Origin: Chitinophaga sp.
GTDB taxonomy: Bacteria; Bacteroidota; Bacteroidia; Chitinophagales; Chitinophagaceae
Assembly: GCF_017745275.1 (NCBI RefSeq)
Contig: NZ_JAGHZS010000001.1
Location: 1,353,449-1,417,448, forward strand
DNA: 64,000 nucleotides
Reading direction: 5' to 3'
A model generated the notes under the pieces. It was not told where the DNA came from. It saw only the letters and a list, made by a program, of their open reading frames with translations, and did no database searches. The translations under genes and the position numbers were made by a program. Below, in pieces: positions 56,785 through 64,000 of the stretch (its first letter is position 1; every line of letters starts with the position of its first letter).

Positions 56785-57477
56785 TTATCCTATTTTTTGT
56801 CCGTAAATAAATAACACGCTTCCTACTCTATAGCTTTGTACTTCCAGGTGTGCACTATTAAACAAGGACAGATTTTGCTTTTCCGACCAAACCTCCCCGA
56901 ATTCATGGTTCATACGCAGCAACTTCATAAAAATCCTGCCGACGGTCAGCTCTCCCGTCATAGTATAAAAGTAAAAGCGGCCGCCTTTCTTTAATACGCG
57001 CAGCAGCTCATTGACAAAGTCCTGCTTGTTATCAAAAAGATGAATCGTACCAAAACTGCAGATGTTGTCGAAAGTATTGTCGGGGAAGGGGATGTCAAAA
57101 GCGTTCCCCTGCAATAAGTGGATATTAGAAGGCAGGGTACCCGTTTTTTCCAGTAGCCGGCCCTGGGCAATCTTCAGCATTTCAAGCGACCTGTCGAAAA
57201 GGGTGCAATCATTCGTGGTGGCCTGGTATAGATCACTTGTTTGCGCCAGTCCGCCGCAACCCACGTCCAGCAACGTGCCTGTAGAATGCAGGATGGCAGT
57301 AGCCGCGAACTTTTGCAGTTCTTTCCGGCTACAGGCCCAGAAGATACAGTTGAATGTTTCGGTGCCAACCAGGCGCTCATAGTACTTTGCCTTGCTATCA
57401 TATTTGGCACCGCCGATATTTTCCAGGGAAGAATAAATGCCCTGGGCGGCGACTTTAAATTTACCGGAATAGCTCAT
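56785..57477 (-). CDS. Class I SAM-dependent methyltransferase
   Basis: It has the motifs LLDVGCGGL and LKKGGRFYFY. I prefer the ATG at 57475-57477 over the TTG at 57498. Confidence 0.8.
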   Translation of the reverse strand: MSYSGKFKVAAQGIYSSLENIGGAKYDSKAKYYERLVGTETFNCIFWACSRKELQKFAATAILHSTGTLLDVGCGGLAQTSDLYQATTNDCTLFDRSLEMLKIAQGRLLEKTGTLPSNIHLLQGNAFDIPFPDNTFDNICSFGTIHLFDNKQDFVNELLRVLKKGGRFYFYTMTGELTVGRIFMKLLRMNHEFGEVWSEKQNLSLFNSAHLEVQSYRVGSVLFIYGQKIG

Positions 57478-57536
57478 GTTGTGGTTTGTTCCCTGCAAAA
57501 TTAGCGGACAAACCTTTCGGAGTAAATGAACCTGGG

Positions 57537-58106
57537 TTAAGAAATGCGTTTCCGAATCCGGCTGAGTGCCTGCGGCGTAACGCCGATATAGGAAGCCAGG
57601 TATTTCAGGGGTACCTGCTGCAATAGGTAAGGCGCTTTCTGGAAGAGGTCCAGGTAGCGTTCTTCCGCAGATTTCAGGAGAAAAGACAGTTCTCTTTCTG
57701 ACTTTAACAGCAATAGCTGTTCAGTAGCCAATCTTCCTATTCTCTCCACAATACTTAACCGGCGGTACATTTCCTGCAGGTCGTCGTAATGCATGCGCCA
57801 GGTATGGGTTTCTGTGAGCGTTTCTCCATAACACATGGAAGGTTTACGCGTATAAAAAGAGCTGAAAATACTCATAAACCAGCCTTCAAAAGAAAAGCCG
57901 ATGGTGGTTTCATTGCCTTCTTTATCTTCTACATAAAAGCGTAGCAACCCGCTATCAACAAAGGTGAGGTAGTTTTCCGTTTCTCCTGCTTTCAGGTAAA
58001 AAGTTTTAGGGGGATAAATTTTCTGTTCAAACCGTGAAGAAAAAAGCTGCCAGTCTTCGTCGGAGATATCTACCTGTTTTCGTAATAATTCATGCATTTG
58101 TTGCAT
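57537..58106 (-). CDS. Crp/Fnr family transcriptional regulator
   Basis: It has a cNMP-binding-like beta-roll (YLKAGETENYLTFVDSGLLRFY) and a C-terminal HTH (LASYIGVTPQALSRIRKR). I prefer the ATG at 58104-58106 over the TTG at 58127. Confidence 0.8.
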   Translation of the reverse strand: MQQMHELLRKQVDISDEDWQLFSSRFEQKIYPPKTFYLKAGETENYLTFVDSGLLRFYVEDKEGNETTIGFSFEGWFMSIFSSFYTRKPSMCYGETLTETHTWRMHYDDLQEMYRRLSIVERIGRLATEQLLLLKSERELSFLLKSAEERYLDLFQKAPYLLQQVPLKYLASYIGVTPQALSRIRKRIS

Positions 58107-58170
58107 AGCCCACGTATTATACCTCAAGATAGGCTAAAATCCGGACGAGCTAATTCAGGGCCTTCTATAA

Positions 58171-58208
58171 AAACCAATAAGGCCGCACGATGGCGGCCTT
58201 ATTGGTTT
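58171..58208 (-). terminator. Rho-independent terminator after the second SusC/SusD pair
   Basis: The hairpin is AAACCAATAAGGCCGC-ACGATG-GCGGCCTTATTGGTTT, with a U-tract on the minus strand. Confidence 0.75.
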
Positions 58209-58272
58209 CTTCACGTTGCTATTAAACCGTCTGGCGGTGTCTACTCCACCTGCCAGAAAAGGTATTTTATGT

Positions 58273-60258
58273 TTATTCCAACACGTTTTTCCATTTGGTG
58301 GTACGACCGGTAAACCATAATGGCAGGTCCGGATTGTTATTTGGGCTGATAATTGACCAGCTTTCCGGATCGGAAGCCTGAACACTACTTGGATAAGTCA
58401 TTCTTTCTTTCCATTTGTATCTGTCAAACATGGAAGCCGGGTTTGTACCCACATATTTAATCAATCTGCGGGCAGCGGTGTATGGCACTTCAAAGTTCAG
58501 CATATTGTAATGCAACTGCAGTTGATTAAATATTGCCTGTACTTGTTGCTGGCTTGACATTGCATCAAATTTCTGGGCGGCGTTCTCAGCAAAAGTGCTT
58601 GCATTATATTCCATGGCAGGTTTTGCATTGATCCTGGAATCATCCATGGTGGTTGGCATTGCCGGCATGGTTGTTTTGGAGTATTGATTTGAGTTATTCA
58701 GCTCATACCAATATTTGCAGGACAAGATAATCGCATTCTTATAGTGCTCACGCGCGCTACCATTCAGTGTACCAAAACCTCTTACTGCTGCTTCCGCCAA
58801 TGAAAGCTCTGTTTCAACCGCATGAATAGTTGGATATTTCAGTGCGAAGTTGAATTCCGGACGTACATTATATGCGGCAACCAGATTTTTTTCAGTACCC
58901 ACGTTTCCATCAGTATCCTCGGAATTAGCGAGTCTGCTGCGAAGTGCATTTAACAGGAATGATTCACGTTTGCTCAGATCTGCCTTTGATGCTGCGTCCA
59001 GTTCAATTGACAGGCTTTTGTTAGGACCATAATAAAAGGTGGTCTTTGTAATATCAGTCAAAATAGGATCGTTGATGTAGTAGCCACGCAGCACCTTATT
59101 TAAATAGCTATTTTCATCTTTATTGCCATCCCATTTTGTTTCTACACCCAGGTATCTGCCAATACAGTCTGGAGAGAAGATATAAGAAACACGCGGATCA
59201 ACAGTACCATTCAACAAACCGGTTGCAGAATTATCGCCGGTAAAATAGTATAATGTTTTTCCGTTTACCACTTTGCTACCTTCAACCGGTTGGCAATACA
59301 TCACGTCCTGCAGGAATTTTTTCCCTGCGGTGAAATCAGCACCTCTTTCCCTGAAAGAACGTGTAATACCTAATTCATTACAGATGCGATTCAGTGCAAT
59401 AACAGCGATGTCGGCTATACCAGCTACATCGTTATAGTCGGTCATTAAAGGCTTGCCCTGCAGCTCTGTCAGCACTTGCTTCGTCAACGCAGGGGTTACC
59501 TCGCTTACGTTCATCGCACAGCGTAATCTTAATGAATTAATGTACTTACGCCATTTCAAAATACTTCCGCCAAAAAGGATATCCTGTTGACTAAAAGATG
59601 CCTGCTGGGTAGAAGTGAGTGTCAGATTCGCCAATGCATCATCGGCCACCTTAAAATCATTGATGATTTTAGGATAGATCTCAGACTGGCCCAGGTATTT
59701 GGCCTTAAGGCCGTCAAGGCCACCTGCTGAACCTGTTTCTATGTATGGCACCTTATCATACATGTCAGTAGCTCTTTCATAGGCGTAACCTTTCAGTGCA
59801 TGCAATAAAGTGATATACAGGCTATCTAAATTGGTACGCTTCGCTTGTGGCGTGTTGTTGTATTCACGTTGCGCCCAAAGTACTGACGTCATCCACTGGG
59901 TATTCACAAAGTTGAAGATAGATTCGTTGAACCCACCAGTACCCCAGTCATGTTCAACATCAGCCAGTGTGTATCCGGTACCTTCTGCCATTACATTATA
60001 AATTTGAATGCCGCTGGCTGTAGTCCTTCCTCCACTTCTTACCTGGTGATAAACAGAACCGTAATCTCCACTTAAAAAGAAACCCTGGGTTAGCTGAGAT
60101 GTGAAGAAGCCGGCGATAACGCTTACTCCTGACTTATCCGCCATATCCTTCGAATATCCATCCGGGTTCTGATACAAATCTTCCAGTGTCTTCTTACACC
60201 CTACGGAGGATATTAACAACGTAAGTAAGAAAAGTGATTTTAAATGTATGTATTTCAT
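58273..60258 (-). CDS. SusD/RagB family nutrient-binding outer membrane lipoprotein (large, 661 aa)
   Basis: It has a lipobox (LLISSVGC) and lies 11 nt downstream of a SusC-like gene. Confidence 0.85.
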   Translation of the reverse strand: MKYIHLKSLFLLTLLISSVGCKKTLEDLYQNPDGYSKDMADKSGVSVIAGFFTSQLTQGFFLSGDYGSVYHQVRSGGRTTASGIQIYNVMAEGTGYTLADVEHDWGTGGFNESIFNFVNTQWMTSVLWAQREYNNTPQAKRTNLDSLYITLLHALKGYAYERATDMYDKVPYIETGSAGGLDGLKAKYLGQSEIYPKIINDFKVADDALANLTLTSTQQASFSQQDILFGGSILKWRKYINSLRLRCAMNVSEVTPALTKQVLTELQGKPLMTDYNDVAGIADIAVIALNRICNELGITRSFRERGADFTAGKKFLQDVMYCQPVEGSKVVNGKTLYYFTGDNSATGLLNGTVDPRVSYIFSPDCIGRYLGVETKWDGNKDENSYLNKVLRGYYINDPILTDITKTTFYYGPNKSLSIELDAASKADLSKRESFLLNALRSRLANSEDTDGNVGTEKNLVAAYNVRPEFNFALKYPTIHAVETELSLAEAAVRGFGTLNGSAREHYKNAIILSCKYWYELNNSNQYSKTTMPAMPTTMDDSRINAKPAMEYNASTFAENAAQKFDAMSSQQQVQAIFNQLQLHYNMLNFEVPYTAARRLIKYVGTNPASMFDRYKWKERMTYPSSVQASDPESWSIISPNNNPDLPLWFTGRTTKWKNVLE

Positions 60259-60269
60259 CTTAGTTGTTT

Positions 60270-63200
60270 TTAGAATTTAGTTTTGATAGAAATACCTATT
60301 GAACGTTGTGCAGGTAATGCAGTTGTTCCATAAGAGCCAACACCCCAGCCGGTTCCGTTAGTTGATTCTGGTATTGAATTCGGTGCAGCTTTATAAAGGT
60401 AAGCCACATTGTTTGCAAACACAGATAATACCAGGTTGCTCATACGAATCTTTTGAGCAATTCTCTTACTCAAAGTGTAATCGATGGCTACGTTACGCAG
60501 TGCGATGTAGTCGCTTTTGAAGATTCTGTCTTCAGGGAAGAAACCATTTGAGAAGTAAGAATCGTAATAGTAGTTATCTGCAGAAACCACTTTGGTATTT
60601 GGTTTACCATCCACGTCAACACCTGGCAATATCACACCGTCGTGGAAAGTAGGTCCGCCATTAGGGTTGTTACCTGCTACTTTTTTGGAATTTGCATCCA
60701 GATAATAAGCAACTCCACCGTGTGCAGCATCTCTATATTTCAAAGTTTCGTTCAATGCACCGGCAGCCATCATGTAAGTTTCTGTACCTGACAGGAAAGT
60801 AGCGCCAAACTGGTAGTCGATATTTGCAATAAGGCGGAAATTCTTGTAAGAAAAAGAGTTGAGGATACCACCTGAGATATCAGGGATTGTTTTACCAATC
60901 AATTTGGCAGTGCTCTTATAGTCGTAAGCAGAACCAGCGGCGTTCACCACTTTTTGTCCATTGTTTGGATCGCCTGGCTTATCATAAGTGTAAGTAGACT
61001 TAGTCAGGTAAAGCTGACCATATTCCTGGCCAACATTCGCTACGGAGTTTACGGCGCCGAATGCAGTCCATAAAGTGAGTGATTGTAATTTACCGTCCAG
61101 TTTCTCTACGATCGTTTTACCGTGTGCAAAGTTGAAGGTCAGATCCCACTGGAAGTCTTTCGTGAGAACTGGTTTGGTTTTAATAGCCAATTCCCATCCT
61201 GTGCTCATCACATCACCGGCGTTCATACGAACATTTTTAACACCCATTCCCGGAGGCGCTGCTACTGCCATGATCTGGTCGTAGATATGAGATCTGTAGA
61301 AAGAGAAGTCTACACCAATTCTTCTGTTTTCGAGCAAATAAGTTTCAGCTCCTAATTCAAATTCACGTTTACGCTCTGGCTTTAAGTTTGGATTTCCGTT
61401 GGCATCCATTGGAGGAAGATCAGCGGGAGGAGTCAACACATAACCACCACCGGTTTGAGAGGTAGCATAGTTAACGTTACTGAAATAGCGTGGACCCGGA
61501 CGACCTACGTTAGCCCATGATGCTCTTAATTTGGCATAGTTAAATACTGTCGGTAATTTGAAGCTTTCGCTTAAAATCCATGATGCACTCACACCTGGAT
61601 AGAAATAGCTGTTATTACCCGGAGGCAAAATAGAAGACCAGTCCTGTCTGCCCTGCGCTTCAATATACACCTGGTTTTTCCATGACAATTGTGCGGATCC
61701 GATTAAGCTGTACAATATATCCTCACCGTTTGTAAACTGGTACTGAGGCTGTACACCTAATGGCAAGTTGTTAAATGAGAAGTAGTTAGGAATAACGAGT
61801 TGTCCATAACCATTCACAGATGCTCCTTTTCCTTCTGCGCTGTTTTTCCTGATTACTCCACCTACAAAACCAGATAAATTAAAATCACTATTTATTTTAG
61901 TGTCGAAGTTCAACATTCCCTGGCCGTAGGTAGTTTTGTAGATATTTGTTACATCGCTATACATGAAACCACTATTAGGTCCCAGTAACTGCGGATCTAA
62001 TAATTTACCTTTATATTCGTTCCGCTCTGTGCTATAATCTATTCCTCCCATTAATGTGGCACTAAAGATATCAGTGAGCTTTACATCAGCAGATAAAGAC
62101 TGGATATTATGCAACCTGGTGAAATTGGATTTATTCTGGTACTGATCCCAAAGAAATCCTACCACTCCTTTTCTACCATTTGAGATCAGATTCCTATTGC
62201 TTGGGCTGGCAAAGAAATTATATCCATCAGGTGTCAGCAAATGTTCCTTTAACAAGCCCACATTGATATCCGCACTAAACGCGCCGATCTCAGCCTGCTG
62301 ACCTTCCCCGTTCATGGTGCTCAGGTTGGCAGCATTCACGTTCTTAGAGATGAAAAAGTTGCCGGTATATTTAAGGGTAATGTTATTGTTTATTTTGTAT
62401 GACGAGTTAAGGCTAAAAGTATTTTTGTTAAAATTTGAACCTGGTCTGATCGGCGTCATATTTAAATTAGTATAGGAGAAACGGTACTGTCCTTGCTCGT
62501 TTCCACCACTTACTGCCACATTGGAAGTATTTTGATGTCCGGTGTGGTAAAGATCATTGTAAATATTTTTGGTCTGTGCCTGCCATGGTCTTTCTACACC
62601 GTCCCACCACATTACTTTTACGCTTGGGTCAAATTTTGGACCGAATGCCTGGGCACCAGTACCATCTCCCAATGTAGTAGCCAATGTTCTTTTTCCATTC
62701 ACCAGGTAAAATCCATCCGCATCATTCTTTGGATTGCTGGGGCTGGAACCTGAACCATATTCATTTTGAAGTTTAGGCATGAATGCAGCACGATCCCATG
62801 AGGTGGTGAAAGAAGCTGCTACGCCGAGTCCTTGTCCTTTAGTACCGCTTTTGGTGGTAATCAACAACACGCCATTCGCACCTTCACTACCATATAGTAC
62901 AGATGCTTTCGCTCCTTTCAGTATTTCCATAGAAGCAATGTCGTCAGGGTTGATATCGTTAATTCCTGTTCCATTATCACGATCTGTGGCAGCAAAACCC
63001 ATCTGCGTATTCTGGTCGTGGATGGGTACCCCATCTATCACAATCAATGGACGCGTAGAAGAATTTTGGTCAAAAGATACTGCGTTACGAATGTTGATTT
63101 TCATACCAGCTGAAGGACCAGCTGCTGTTGCAGCCACCTGTACACCTGGTGCGGCGCCGTAGAGTGCCTGTAAAGGATTGGTAGGTGTACCGGCAATCAT

Positions 63201-63593
63201 AATCCTGTCAGCATCTATTTTGGATACCGCATAACCTAAAGCTTTCGCCTGCTTTTTGATACCCAACGCCGTCACTACTACTTCATCAGCAGTGCGTACA
63301 CTAGACACTAACGTTATGTTCATTGTAGCCGTAGCCGGCAGTTCCTGTGTTACAAATCCAATGTAAGAAATGATCAGCCTTGCATCTGGCTTTACATTAA
63401 TGGTAAATGTACCTTGTTTGCCGCTCAACACACCGTTGACGGTACCTTTTTCGCCCACAGTAGCTCCTTCAAGAACGGCACCTGTGGCGTCCTTGATGAC
63501 ACCTGTAACCGTCATTTTTCCCTGCCCATAGGCAAACATACTTCCTATGCAAAAGAGCATAAAGAGTAATAGACATCTTTTGGTTGACTGCAT
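60270..63593 (-). CDS. SusC/RagA family TonB-linked outer membrane protein
   Basis: 1107 aa. It has a carboxypeptidase-regulatory-like N-domain (VTGVIKDATGAVLEGATV), a plug (ADEVVVTALG) and a barrel ending SIKTKF. Confidence 0.9.
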   Translation of the reverse strand: MQSTKRCLLLFMLFCIGSMFAYGQGKMTVTGVIKDATGAVLEGATVGEKGTVNGVLSGKQGTFTINVKPDARLIISYIGFVTQELPATATMNITLVSSVRTADEVVVTALGIKKQAKALGYAVSKIDADRIMIAGTPTNPLQALYGAAPGVQVAATAAGPSAGMKINIRNAVSFDQNSSTRPLIVIDGVPIHDQNTQMGFAATDRDNGTGINDINPDDIASMEILKGAKASVLYGSEGANGVLLITTKSGTKGQGLGVAASFTTSWDRAAFMPKLQNEYGSGSSPSNPKNDADGFYLVNGKRTLATTLGDGTGAQAFGPKFDPSVKVMWWDGVERPWQAQTKNIYNDLYHTGHQNTSNVAVSGGNEQGQYRFSYTNLNMTPIRPGSNFNKNTFSLNSSYKINNNITLKYTGNFFISKNVNAANLSTMNGEGQQAEIGAFSADINVGLLKEHLLTPDGYNFFASPSNRNLISNGRKGVVGFLWDQYQNKSNFTRLHNIQSLSADVKLTDIFSATLMGGIDYSTERNEYKGKLLDPQLLGPNSGFMYSDVTNIYKTTYGQGMLNFDTKINSDFNLSGFVGGVIRKNSAEGKGASVNGYGQLVIPNYFSFNNLPLGVQPQYQFTNGEDILYSLIGSAQLSWKNQVYIEAQGRQDWSSILPPGNNSYFYPGVSASWILSESFKLPTVFNYAKLRASWANVGRPGPRYFSNVNYATSQTGGGYVLTPPADLPPMDANGNPNLKPERKREFELGAETYLLENRRIGVDFSFYRSHIYDQIMAVAAPPGMGVKNVRMNAGDVMSTGWELAIKTKPVLTKDFQWDLTFNFAHGKTIVEKLDGKLQSLTLWTAFGAVNSVANVGQEYGQLYLTKSTYTYDKPGDPNNGQKVVNAAGSAYDYKSTAKLIGKTIPDISGGILNSFSYKNFRLIANIDYQFGATFLSGTETYMMAAGALNETLKYRDAAHGGVAYYLDANSKKVAGNNPNGGPTFHDGVILPGVDVDGKPNTKVVSADNYYYDSYFSNGFFPEDRIFKSDYIALRNVAIDYTLSKRIAQKIRMSNLVLSVFANNVAYLYKAAPNSIPESTNGTGWGVGSYGTTALPAQRSIGISIKTKF

Positions 63594-64000
63594 CTTTTTG
63601 TTGTTTTTAAAATTGAATAGAACTGATTTTTGGTATAGTATTTTGATTGGAATTTTGTTGATGGAGATATTCTACTAATACATTCCAGTTAAACTATTTG
63701 TTGTCGGCCAGCGCATAAAAATTTGACACATACAATATGACGTGGATTGTATATGGTACTGTATGCAACATTCTCATCAAATGACAAAAGATACCTGGCT
63801 TTGTTCATGGTTTCTGTACTATAACCTGTAACATCATTAATCGTTCTTCCTCGCAGCTTCCATCCCATCAGTTGATAATGATTGAATTTATATGGGTACC
63901 ATTTTTTTTGTTCCCTACTCATTCTCCTGATTGATACGTTTTGGCAAGGCAGCAGCTACTACACTATCGCTTAGTGCCAATTAGCAATGTTTAGTAAGCT

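Noticed and set aside
63689-63922. 77-aa minus-strand ORF upstream of the second SusC-like gene
   Set aside because: It has no recognisable motif, signal peptide or conserved pattern, and it sits near the window edge. The evidence is insufficient to call a gene.

Overview
This 64-kb chromosomal window reads as Bacteroidota. It has two SusC/SusD pairs, many lipoprotein or signal-peptide proteins and secreted glycoside hydrolases. The style looks Chitinophagaceae-like, which I cannot verify without a search. I support about 50 protein genes. They include a GH20 hexosaminidase, an oxidative pentose-phosphate operon (gnd-zwf-pgl) next to ppc, and TonB. There are also a clan GH-A hydrolase, an HGSNAT-like acyltransferase, a GH88/105 hydrolase, a cell-wall amidase, an LpxL-type acyltransferase, a desaturase, a DJ-1/PfpI protein, an aldo/keto reductase and an ADP-ribosylglycohydrolase. 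A block of secreted hypotheticals includes a TPM-domain/zinc-ribbon/poly-Ser protein. An ECF sigma/anti-sigma pair sits divergent from a lipoprotein, PKD protein and TPR-CHAT trio. Further along are an orphan beta-class DNA methyltransferase, an AraC regulator plus TonB-dependent receptor, and a Crp-headed cluster with two SAM methyltransferases. I recognised no rRNA, tRNA, CRISPR array, transposase or integrase. The most unusual content is non-coding. (1) A family of 60-140 bp intergenic hairpins has outer arms made of tandem heptads (AGCNNAA, or GAATTAC in one case). Each sits directly against a stop codon, and one lies inside the pentose-phosphate operon. (2) Seven or more copies of a ~25-nt covarying hairpin motif cluster in a 1.6-kb ORF-free region upstream of the ADP-ribosylglycohydrolase gene. 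All functional calls come from motifs read by eye in the translations, and start codons were re-chosen where the ORF track was clearly over-extended.
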